From positions 25,191 through 89,190 of the IMG/VR virus record IMGVR_UViG_3300019458_000027: DNA of 64,000 nt, one strand, 5' to 3'. A program made the position numbers and the translations under genes. Below are positions 28,062 to 35,583 of this stretch, piece by piece (position 1 is the first letter of the stretch; each line of letters opens with the position of its first letter). The notes beneath the pieces were generated by a model, which had not been told where the DNA came from, did not search any database, and saw nothing but the letters and a program-made list of their open reading frames with translations. This DNA comes from a virus.

Positions 28062-28325
28062 CTCCTCAATAGGTGATGGGTTAACGTACCCATCGAACGA
28101 TCATAAGTCGCTTGACTTTATGACTGGTTGAAATTTTGCCTTTCTAGCCACTCGAAATTCGAGATGACTAGATCGGACTTTAATATTTTATGAGTGCAAG
28201 TGCCTCCTGTTCCCAAGAGGCACCGTCGAAATGTCTTAAGAATCATCCCTTTCGGGATTATCCCTTCACCAGGTTTTCACTGGCTGATTTCGAATCTACT
28301 TGTATTCGACACCCTACGGTGTCCT
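28062..28325 (-). ncRNA. Candidate structured RNA, about 8 consecutive hairpins, family unknown
   Basis: Non-coding gap; stems GACACC/GGUGUC, AUCCC-GAAA-GGGAU, CCAG/CUGG around GAAA, GUGCCUCUU/AGGAGGCAC, CUAGUCA+CUCGA/UCGAG+UGGCUAG, UCAUAA+GUC/GAC+UUAUGA, GAUGGGU/ACCCAUC; GNRA loops and G-U pairs favour minus strand. Confidence 0.6.
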
Positions 28326-28329
28326 CCTA

Positions 28330-28554
28330 TTAAACTGAGGTGATGGTTTTGACGCCAACGTTGTCCTTGTGCTTCAAGACATTAGCCGTGGTGTCATACC
28401 AGAGATCTCCCTCAACAGCATCGGTCGGGTTGCCGTCAACACCACGAAGGTGGACAGCGAGACAATCAACAACGTCTCCCCTCATCGTGCCTACCCACTC
28501 TCTCCTCGGAGATTCCAGAGAATCGTGGTCCCTAACTGAAGTCGGTACTGCCAT
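28330..28554 (-). CDS. Small structural-type protein
   Basis: NPTDAVEGDLWYDTTANVLK motif typical of fibre proteins. Confidence 0.55.
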   Translation of the reverse strand: MAVPTSVRDHDSLESPRREWVGTMRGDVVDCLAVHLRGVDGNPTDAVEGDLWYDTTANVLKHKDNVGVKTITSV

Positions 28555-28570
28555 TTAAATCACCATCCTT

Positions 28571-28846
28571 TCATAAAGAATTTGGTACATGATTAATCCC
28601 AGGTACATTAATCAAAACAAGAGTTCCTGCATCCACACCTAAAGTATAATTCGTAAGGTGCTTGCTGGTTTCTTCGTCCATCACTATCTGCACGTCTCCT
28701 ACCGTGGGGTGAACGACGATATCGCCTGGGTTGATTACTTTATCGAATCCAGCCGAAATAATTCCATCCCTGTAACGCAAACGGTAGAACGTACTTGGAC
28801 TTTCTTTGTTAAGTCTCTTTACTGCCACTTCCGTAAGTTCTAACAT
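28571..28846 (-). CDS. HesB/IscA-fold-like protein lacking Cys ligands
   Basis: MLELTEVAV..L....YRLRY...FD...GD......VQIVMD pattern; no cysteines. Confidence 0.35.
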   Translation of the reverse strand: MLELTEVAVKRLNKESPSTFYRLRYRDGIISAGFDKVINPGDIVVHPTVGDVQIVMDEETSKHLTNYTLGVDAGTLVLINVPGINHVPNSL

Positions 28847-29013
28847 TATCCTATTTTCCTCACTCTAACACCATTGTTTTCGAAATTAACCACTTCAAAG
28901 GTTCCAATCTTTATAGTGAACTGATCTCCTACTCTTGGTTTCCTTCCCAGGTAGTTCTCAACTATCCGCTCAGGGACTATCTGCGTCGAGTATTCCTTCC
29001 CAAAAGAAATCAG
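28846..29013 (-). CDS. 55 aa ORF with non-canonical (CTG or ATT) start
   Basis: AGGAGG directly upstream of CTG ATT; no in-frame ATG/GTG/TTG near the RBS; TAATG-coupled to next gene. Confidence 0.4.
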   Translation of the reverse strand: MISFGKEYSTQIVPERIVENYLGRKPRVGDQFTIKIGTFEVVNFENNGVRVRKIG

Positions 29014-29024
29014 TTACCCTCCTA

Positions 29025-29200
29025 ATAAACGACAGCAGGTAACGACGATCCGCCAGTACGTGGCAATTTTAATTCGTACACTCACGCCGTAAGGCTCCCG
29101 CTGTCAATTGGTTCGGGTGCTATAGTCTCTGACAGGCTGCATTAACCTAAGGCGATCTATTATCCATAGCTTCTACGCCCCATTACCAAACCAACCTGCT
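29025..29200 (-). ncRNA. Group I intron-like ribozyme core (P3-P4-P5-P6-R-P3'-P8)
   Basis: UCAGAGACUA R element at 29132-29123 with helices in canonical order; P7 3' strand not directly after P8. Confidence 0.45.
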
Positions 29201-29240
29201 TCTTAAAACACCTAATTATTAGTCCGTCCCCGACGATCTC

Positions 29241-30407
29241 TTACTTCTTTTTGTTCTTTTTCTCCCCACCAGCTTGCTCAACAATATGCTGAGCTAGAGC
29301 ATGCGGATCTTCCACCCCTGGTTGATCTACAACTCTCTCGTATGCCTCGGTGTGAGTTATTTCGCCCTTAGCAAGTTTACCAATTCTAGCCACTCGTTCT
29401 GCTAAGGAAATTACTTGCTCCGCTAATTCCATCGCTTGTGGAACAACATCGGCCCCTTCTTCCTCGGCATGTTCAGCACCCTCACGCCTGGCCTGATTCT
29501 CAAGGTAGGCAGCAGGTTCCTCTTCTTCATCCATCGAAGGTGCATCGCCTTCATCGATCGGTTCCCCGTTTTCGTCTACCTTCGGGGCCTCATCCGCTTT
29601 CTCTTCTCCAGGAACGACTTCCTCCTCACCCGCTTCTTCCTCCATACCCTCTTCTCCTGGTACTTCCTCCTCTTCCTCTTCCGTACCAACGTCATCCTTC
29701 GGAGGGAATCTAAAAGCACCAGCTTTCTTAACGGGGGGAGTGATTTCGTCCTCTTCCTCCTTGTAATTCTTGTCTACGAGCTTTCCCTTATAGACTTTCT
29801 TGACCGAATCGGGGGTTTCGAATGTCTGGGTCATGGTAGATTTCCAGAGAACGGTCAATCCGCCCTTTGAGGAGACACCAGCAACGACACCAACCTCTTT
29901 GCCCATCCTGGTCTCTCGAACGACAAGGTTCCCAACTTCGAACTTAATAACACCCGCTTTCTCACGGGTATACATCTCTCGGCGATCCGCCTCATTCTGC
30001 AGATCGTTCTTATCCTCGTCGGCGTCCTTATCAGAAGCTTTCGGCTTCCCTTTGGCGTCATCGTCTCCAATCTTGCCAGCTTGATCGGAATGTTTGTCGC
30101 TCTTGGTCGGGTCCTCCGCTTTCGGTGAGGTCTTAGCTTGTTCAAGCCCTCCCGCAGCTTCTGCCAGCCTATTGACGTGGGTCTCACTGGGAACCTGCCC
30201 AACAAAGGAAGCTGCTTTCTTCAACTCTTTGACTTGCTCTCCTGTAAGAGTATACCAATTCCTCTTCTGCATGGTGCTCTTAGCGGCGAGTAGCTTGTCG
30301 AAAGTCTCCGAGGCGAACTTATCTTCCTCTGGTGTTAATGGAATACAAGCCGATCTCTTTTCGAGAACAGACTTGAGCAATTCTTTTTCTTTCGGCGTTA
30401 AAGCCAT
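29241..30407 (-). CDS. Acidic low-complexity protein, possible scaffold/internal head protein
   Basis: 388 aa, Glu-rich, multiple K-A/K-G junctions, GVEDPHALAQHI end motif. Confidence 0.55.
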   Translation of the reverse strand: MALTPKEKELLKSVLEKRSACIPLTPEEDKFASETFDKLLAAKSTMQKRNWYTLTGEQVKELKKAASFVGQVPSETHVNRLAEAAGGLEQAKTSPKAEDPTKSDKHSDQAGKIGDDDAKGKPKASDKDADEDKNDLQNEADRREMYTREKAGVIKFEVGNLVVRETRMGKEVGVVAGVSSKGGLTVLWKSTMTQTFETPDSVKKVYKGKLVDKNYKEEEDEITPPVKKAGAFRFPPKDDVGTEEEEEEVPGEEGMEEEAGEEEVVPGEEKADEAPKVDENGEPIDEGDAPSMDEEEEPAAYLENQARREGAEHAEEEGADVVPQAMELAEQVISLAERVARIGKLAKGEITHTEAYERVVDQPGVEDPHALAQHIVEQAGGEKKNKKK

Positions 30408-30421
30408 CTTTCCTCCTTTTC

Positions 30422-30970
30422 CTAATATCCTCTTCGAAGAAGGTCTCGGCGTGTAATTACGTCAAGATCACTTTCTTCGTGTTCGTTTAAGTCCGTCTCC
30501 CTCTCGGCAAAAACTCTCCTAGCAAACTTTCTCAGAGTTCGAGGACTGTACTTGGCTAACAAGTACCTGATTAAAGTCTCCTCATCCACGTGGACGGGGA
30601 AATTTCCGCACATATTCGCTGTGTACATTCGGCTGAGCTTTTCGTGATCGGGAACAATACACAGACGTTCATAGGTTACTGGATTATGGCCACATTCAAC
30701 TGCATAAGGCCTCATCCACGTGTAATCGGAGGGATACCTTTTTCTAGCCGTGTTATACTTACGATAGTCGGCTCGGCTTCTAAAAACGTGAACCTCGGTT
30801 CTCTCCTTCGCCACCTCGTAAACCTGCTTGCCGTGGTACACTACAATAACCCTCTTTCGAAGGTATTTACTGTACTGCTTTTTGCCTAGAAGCCGTCTTA
30901 GGAGCTTCCTGGCCCTTCGTCCCGCCCGTTCCGACATGATCTGCTCATCGTCCATATAAGGAGCCATCAC
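30422..30970 (-). CDS. Hypothetical protein, partner of upstream GG-ending protein
   Basis: RARKLLRRLL...QY...RLCIVP pattern. Confidence 0.55.
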   Translation of the reverse strand: MMAPYMDDEQIMSERAGRRARKLLRRLLGKKQYSKYLRKRVIVVYHGKQVYEVAKERTEVHVFRSRADYRKYNTARKRYPSDYTWMRPYAVECGHNPVTYERLCIVPDHEKLSRMYTANMCGNFPVHVDEETLIRYLLAKYSPRTLRKFARRVFAERETDLNEHEESDLDVITRRDLLRRGY

Positions 30971-30988
30971 ACGCCACCCTTTAAGAGA

Positions 30989-31201
30989 TTAACCCCCAAC
31001 CATTGGCATTAGGAGAAACGTCTCTCGCTCGTTGATATCGAACGACTTGGAGACTTTCCCATCTTCGGTAATTCCTGTGTATCCCTGGCGAACACGGTTG
31101 CGAAACTCTTCTCTAGCTTTCGCAACGGAAGTCTCGTCTTTCACGTTAAACTCCAAAGTCGTGTCCCCAAAACGAGGATCAATAATAGTCAGTTTGTTCA
31201 C
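30989..31201 (-). CDS. Small protein ending in PMVGG
   Basis: GTG start at 31201 (AAGGGG RBS); GDTTLEF...AREEF...GY...FD..E...LMPMVGG. Confidence 0.6.
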   Translation of the reverse strand: MNKLTIIDPRFGDTTLEFNVKDETSVAKAREEFRNRVRQGYTGITEDGKVSKSFDINERETFLLMPMVGG

Positions 31202-31282
31202 TTGTTTCACCCCTTTAAAGGTAAATGATAAACAGAGCATGAGGTAAACTCAAGCTCTATGTGGCCACCCCATAAAACAAAA

Positions 31283-31930
31283 TTATTCCGCTACCTCGGC
31301 CTTCATCTTAGCTTGGGCTTCTTTAATCAACTTCAAAGCTAACTCCTTGGCTTCCCCCTTGCACACTTCTAGAGCGTTAGCTGCCTCGGAATCGCCAGAA
31401 TTATAAAGCATTCGAACATGATCGTCCATGCTCTTAGCAAGCCGAATCAGTTGCTCAGCGTAGTCAATGTAAACCTCTTCTGGTGTCTGCATGAGAGGAG
31501 TAGCAGGATAGGCCTGCGTCGAATCCATCTCCATGCCATTCTTTCTAATGTCGATTATTTTCTGAGTGAGATCAGCTAGTTTCTTAGCTTCCTCATCTAT
31601 GCCCTCTTCTTCTACGTGGCCGGCGATGGCTTCTCCAGTGGATTCTCCTGGTTCCTTACCAACGGGCTTACCGCCGATAGTAACCTCGGTTTCCTCTTCA
31701 CCCTCTTTAACTTTTACAACCACTCTCTTCTCCAGTCGGTCGAGGCGGGAGACTACTTTCTTAGTTTGGTCCGCTTCTTTCTCCACGGAACTCCCTTTTT
31801 CGATCTTGAGACCCTTACCGACGGCGGTCTTGATGGCTTCGGCTTCCTGGCGAGAGACTAATCTCTTAAAGCCGATCTTGGTCGCAAGGGATTTATCAAT
31901 CTCTTTGTTTTCAACTATATTTCTGTTCAT
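31283..31930 (-). CDS. Charged helical protein, possible internal head protein
   Basis: Start at MNRNI (GAAGGGGG RBS). Confidence 0.55.
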   Translation of the reverse strand: MNRNIVENKEIDKSLATKIGFKRLVSRQEAEAIKTAVGKGLKIEKGSSVEKEADQTKKVVSRLDRLEKRVVVKVKEGEEETEVTIGGKPVGKEPGESTGEAIAGHVEEEGIDEEAKKLADLTQKIIDIRKNGMEMDSTQAYPATPLMQTPEEVYIDYAEQLIRLAKSMDDHVRMLYNSGDSEAANALEVCKGEAKELALKLIKEAQAKMKAEVAE

Positions 31931-32040
31931 TACGCCCCCTTCCAGAGCTTTACTACAAGCTTCACAAACCAATATACAAAAACGATCAAGACCAGTCGGG
32001 TCACGATCATTTCATACATTGGAAGGCAACAGGGATTCAT
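31930..32040 (-). CDS. 36 aa single-TM peptide
   Basis: MNPCCLPMYEMIVTRLVLIVFVYWFVKLVVKLWKGA; coupled at both ends. Confidence 0.45.
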   Translation of the reverse strand: MNPCCLPMYEMIVTRLVLIVFVYWFVKLVVKLWKGA

Positions 32041-32115
32041 TTACTTGGCAATGTACTTTTTATAGAGCAGATACAACCCGTATGCCACACCCGCTAACAG
32101 TAATAGTTTCAGCAT
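32041..32115 (-). CDS. 24 aa single-TM peptide
   Basis: MLKLLLLAGVAYGLYLLYKKYIAK; AAAGGAG RBS. Confidence 0.5.
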   Translation of the reverse strand: MLKLLLLAGVAYGLYLLYKKYIAK

Positions 32116-32156
32116 TGAAATCATCTCCTTTAAATTAAGATTGCGAACTTCCCTCT

Positions 32157-32207
32157 TTACTGCGCCCGTCTTGCGTTGGGATCACACTCCTGGAAACATT
32201 GTTTCAT
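32157..32207 (-). CDS. 16 aa micro-ORF with CxxxC
   Basis: MKQCFQECDPNARRAQ behind AAGGAGGAG RBS. Confidence 0.3.
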   Translation of the reverse strand: MKQCFQECDPNARRAQ

Positions 32208-32216
32208 AGCTCCTCC

Positions 32217-33743
32217 TTAGGTTCGGTAAGCCCCGACCCCATCATTCGAGAAACTACCTCCTGCTTGTCCTTGTGCGCCTCTTGTTGGCCCGAAGCGGAA
32301 ATCCTGATTCTTAGGCCCCCTTTTACCCTCAGGATCGAGAGCGGTAATTGAGTAAGGTGGTTCTACCCCTTCATGAGCACCTGTAACCTTCTGAGTCTCT
32401 GCCTTTCTAGCTAGGTAATAGCTAGACTTCTTCTTATCAGCGTCGTATCGTTCTTCTACCCTCAATTGACCACGATCAACCAATGATAACAACGCTGCCC
32501 TTTCATTCTTATTCAGCCATTTCAACGGGTCAGAATACATTAAGGGATTAGAGACAAATCCAAGCTCTAAACCCCCAGATGGCACATATCTGTCTATCAC
32601 ACCTTGTTCTGTCCTAGTCAAAGGTGCATTGGGGTCTTTACTAGCAAATTCTACATATCTGGAGCTAAATCTAGGTACGGCCCTCGCCTCGTCTAAAACT
32701 CTGCCGGAAACGTCTTTATGTTCTTCAGTTGCAGAACCTTCTCCAAACTTCCCATCAGAACTACGTGGGTGCTTGCTCTCATCCCACTCAGCTTTTTCGA
32801 ATTTCTCGCACACTCCACCGATTCTCTCTTCGTCTCCGCATTGAAGACACCGTGGGTGTCCGTTTGGGTGGGTCCACTCAGCAGCTTTAAACTTGTGAGG
32901 AAACTTAGCTGTCTTCTTATTTTCATTAATTAGTTCGGTTTCTTTGTCAGCAGCAGGGTTGCTCTTCCTCTTTGCCACCCGATGTAAAACGCTTCCATCA
33001 GCGTCTAAATCATCACTTGCCCAAACTCCATAACGATCTCTGGTCTGATCCCTCGTAAGAAAGCGTCCTTTATCATCAACAAACCCATCAACGGCTGCGG
33101 AGGTATCATTCATCTGACTACGATGCCGAACGAATAACTGACCATGAGGGGCTATATCATTTGCTATAAAAATCCTGCCACTATCGTTTATTGCGGGTCG
33201 CAGACCCGTTTCAGGTATTGTCCCCACAACCACGTTGAGCTTAGGTGAACCCTCGCCTCCAGAGAACCGACCTTTTTCATCCCTAGAGTGCTTGGCTTCG
33301 TCAAAGGCAGCTTTATCTATTGACTTTGGCTCTCGCTCCTTTGCCGTTTCAGTCCCCCTATCGTCGGCCATTACAGCGGGGGCTGTCTTATACCCCATTT
33401 CTTTAAGAGCATGATATCTATGGTGACCGTCTGTAAGCATTAAGCTTTTCTTGCCGTCATTATCTACCTCGGTTACAACTAGAGGCTTGATCTCCCCCGA
33501 TTCCTTGATCTTGCCTTTGATTTCTTCGACCTTATCCTTGTCGATATCTTTATTGTAGGGATTTAGGAGAACTTCGTTTAGATTGATATCGAGGGATTTC
33601 TTATCTAAGGGCTTTGCTACCGGAGGAGACACGGCAAGGTTCTCCTCTTGCTTCATATAGACGATTCCCCGATTTTTCGAGGAGGCGTTCCGTGCCCTCT
33701 CAATACACGCTTTTACATTCTGATCATACTCAAATAGTGGCAT
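32217..33743 (-). CDS. ParB/Srx-domain protein with two HPR-tagged modules
   Basis: KVEEIK..IKESGEIKPLVV...LTDGHHRYHALKEMG; AFDEAKHSRDEKGRF and EWDESKHPRSSDGKF. Confidence 0.75.
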   Translation of the reverse strand: MPLFEYDQNVKACIERARNASSKNRGIVYMKQEENLAVSPPVAKPLDKKSLDINLNEVLLNPYNKDIDKDKVEEIKGKIKESGEIKPLVVTEVDNDGKKSLMLTDGHHRYHALKEMGYKTAPAVMADDRGTETAKEREPKSIDKAAFDEAKHSRDEKGRFSGGEGSPKLNVVVGTIPETGLRPAINDSGRIFIANDIAPHGQLFVRHRSQMNDTSAAVDGFVDDKGRFLTRDQTRDRYGVWASDDLDADGSVLHRVAKRKSNPAADKETELINENKKTAKFPHKFKAAEWTHPNGHPRCLQCGDEERIGGVCEKFEKAEWDESKHPRSSDGKFGEGSATEEHKDVSGRVLDEARAVPRFSSRYVEFASKDPNAPLTRTEQGVIDRYVPSGGLELGFVSNPLMYSDPLKWLNKNERAALLSLVDRGQLRVEERYDADKKKSSYYLARKAETQKVTGAHEGVEPPYSITALDPEGKRGPKNQDFRFGPTRGAQGQAGGSFSNDGVGAYRT

Positions 33744-33745
33744 CT

Positions 33746-34048
33746 TTACATCTGATAAGGTTCTGATGTTGCAGGAGTTACTGGCTCCGTTGCCTCTTTA
33801 GAGGGCTTAATTACCTTCACAACTTTGGCTTTGTAAGCACCAGAATCCTTGACGGATTTTTCGATAAATCCTAGTACACAGGGGTCTGAGCAAAAATGGA
33901 AGCTTGGGTCAGTCGCCAATGGATGACTTTCTGGGAAATAGACTATGATCGCTCCACCTTTGATCTCTTTAAGACAAGTATCACAAATGTATCCCTTGTT
34001 GTCTCCCGAACTCTCACCCCTTGGAGTTCTTTTGAACACCCTCATCAC
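33746..34048 (-). CDS. Zn-binding protein (CxxC...HFCSxxC)
   Basis: CDTC...HFCSDPC. Confidence 0.6.
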   Translation of the reverse strand: MMRVFKRTPRGESSGDNKGYICDTCLKEIKGGAIIVYFPESHPLATDPSFHFCSDPCVLGFIEKSVKDSGAYKAKVVKVIKPSKEATEPVTPATSEPYQM

Positions 34049-34144
34049 CTGTCCTATGCTATTAATAGTGGCTTACAGGGCCGATTATCTATGATTAGAT
34101 TTGCCCTGTTGTCCCTTTATGGTTGGAGGGGACGGATGGCTTCA

Positions 34145-34438
34145 TTAGGAAGCGAAACAAACACAAGGTTTTTGGTTGCAATCCTCACAAACTTCCACCT
34201 TCGTTGAACCACCATTATCCATCAAGATTTTCCGATTTAGTCTCGGCATATATTTCGATAAGAACGGATCGTCTAGGTCTATAGGAGTTGCAATTGTTCC
34301 AGTCTCTACTTGTTCAGGGTCATACCAAGTAACTTTCCCAAGATTGCCCTTATTGATTTCCATCCTCAATACTCCAGTGGGATTCTTGAAGAGGTGGGTT
34401 ATCAACCAATGGACAAAGGTACTGACCCGATCAGCCAT
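34145..34438 (-). CDS. Hypothetical protein
   Basis: 97 aa, C-terminal CEDC...CVC. Confidence 0.55.
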   Translation of the reverse strand: MADRVSTFVHWLITHLFKNPTGVLRMEINKGNLGKVTWYDPEQVETGTIATPIDLDDPFLSKYMPRLNRKILMDNGGSTKVEVCEDCNQKPCVCFAS

Positions 34439-34638
34439 TAAAAGTTCTTAACCTCTGTTTTGCCGTCATTATGATCGACGGACTGAATTTGGGTTACCCT
34501 GCCCTCCACCACCTGCAGAGTAATCCTCCCCGTCGGCTTCTTTTTGAACCAAGCGTTGACATAATCACCAGAGGGGTTTATCTTGAACTTTCGCTCTTTC
34601 GCCAGGTATGGTGGTTTGCCTCTCTCTCGAACTAGCAT
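34438..34638 (-). CDS. Hypothetical protein
   Basis: 66 aa; TGRITLQVVEGRVTQI resembles DUF2292/YezD-like motif. Confidence 0.5.
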   Translation of the reverse strand: MLVRERGKPPYLAKERKFKINPSGDYVNAWFKKKPTGRITLQVVEGRVTQIQSVDHNDGKTEVKNF

Positions 34639-34859
34639 GACTCCCCTCCGATCTCCTGAATCTTCTTACCCATGATCTTCAATGCTTCGGGTCCATACAA
34701 ATCTAAATTACAATCAGTGCAGTGTCCATACTCGATCTTTGGGGCTTCTATCTTCTTCTCCACAGGCCAAACCTGAATAGCAACGGTAGGATATGCCTCC
34801 ATTACCTCACAAGATTTCCCACAGTTAGGGCATTCGATCGTCTTGGGTTTGGCCATCAT
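34632..34859 (-). CDS. Zn-finger protein (YgiT-like spacing)
   Basis: CPNCG...CTDC. Confidence 0.55.
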   Translation of the reverse strand: MMAKPKTIECPNCGKSCEVMEAYPTVAIQVWPVEKKIEAPKIEYGHCTDCNLDLYGPEALKIMGKKIQEIGGESC

Positions 34860-35065
34860 TTTTGCACCTTCGCCTTCTTCTCCTCGTTGATCACTCTTGT
34901 AGTTCTCTGTTTGATAGTACGAGTAGCTATCGTTCTATTAGTCTCTAGCTCTTGAACCTCCCCACAGTCAGAGCAAATCTCAATGATTACTCTATGACCG
35001 TTGGCTAGAACTTTGTAGGTCGTTTTCGATGAACCCGTCGCTCGTTCGCAACTCGTACACCACAT
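34856..35065 (-). CDS. Zn-finger protein
   Basis: CTSC...CSDCG. Confidence 0.55.
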   Translation of the reverse strand: MWCTSCERATGSSKTTYKVLANGHRVIIEICSDCGEVQELETNRTIATRTIKQRTTRVINEEKKAKVQK

Positions 35066-35079
35066 GGTCCCGAACCCCC

Positions 35080-35229
35080 TTACTTTTCTAACCTGTCGCC
35101 ACCCAAAAGTTTGATCGCCTTGTCCAAACGCTTAATTATCCTCTGATCCTGCACCCAAATAAGTACCATGAGAGCCAAGGAACCCATCAACCCCAAAAAG
35201 ATAAATCGTAATATTGCAACTAGCTCCAT
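35080..35229 (-). CDS. 49 aa single-TM protein
   Basis: MELVAILRFIFLGLMGSLALMVLIWVQDQR...; GAGG RBS; not in ORF track. Confidence 0.45.
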   Translation of the reverse strand: MELVAILRFIFLGLMGSLALMVLIWVQDQRIIKRLDKAIKLLGGDRLEK

Positions 35230-35262
35230 CTGCCCTCGCTTTAATTGTAAAGGCTACCGCCG

Positions 35263-35454
35263 TTATTTAACTTTTTTCGGATAATCGTTGCAATGAAATC
35301 CAGGCCCTTTGAAGATGACCCCCAGTCCAGCCGAGATAAGCCTTTTCGAAGTGCCTCCACAGTCTGGACACTTAGCTGTTGGCTTTGAAGTAATTGGTTG
35401 AAGCTTATCAAACCGATAATAGCATTTATTACATTCGTACTCATAAGTTGGCAT
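35263..35454 (-). CDS. FmdB-family zinc-ribbon protein
   Basis: MPTYEYECNKC...CPDCGG...RLIS...FKGPGFH.NDY. Confidence 0.8.
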   Translation of the reverse strand: MPTYEYECNKCYYRFDKLQPITSKPTAKCPDCGGTSKRLISAGLGVIFKGPGFHCNDYPKKVK

Positions 35455-35583
35455 TTACCTCTTCCCCACCATCTTCCCAAAGACTACAATTGCGGTGATC
35501 AACACCATACCGATCACCGCCCAATTTCTCAGAATCAAAGCCCATTGAGGGCTTCCATTAGGAAACAGGAGACTTGCTAGCAT
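35455..35583 (-). CDS. 42 aa single-TM peptide
   Basis: TAATG-coupled to terL; hydrophobic C-half. Confidence 0.4.
   Translation of the reverse strand: MLASLLFPNGSPQWALILRNWAVIGMVLITAIVVFGKMVGKR

Noticed and set aside
28245-28275. Hammerhead-like CUGGUGA...GAAA on the minus strand
   Set aside because: Core differs from CUGANGA, has an extra A, and GAAA is better explained as a tetraloop of AUCCC/GGGAU
29025-29200. Partial resemblance to cobalamin, ZTP and c-di-AMP riboswitches
   Set aside because: Only short fragments match (AGCAGGU/ACCUGCU, ACUGGCGGA, CCCGAACC); required conserved elements and their order are missing
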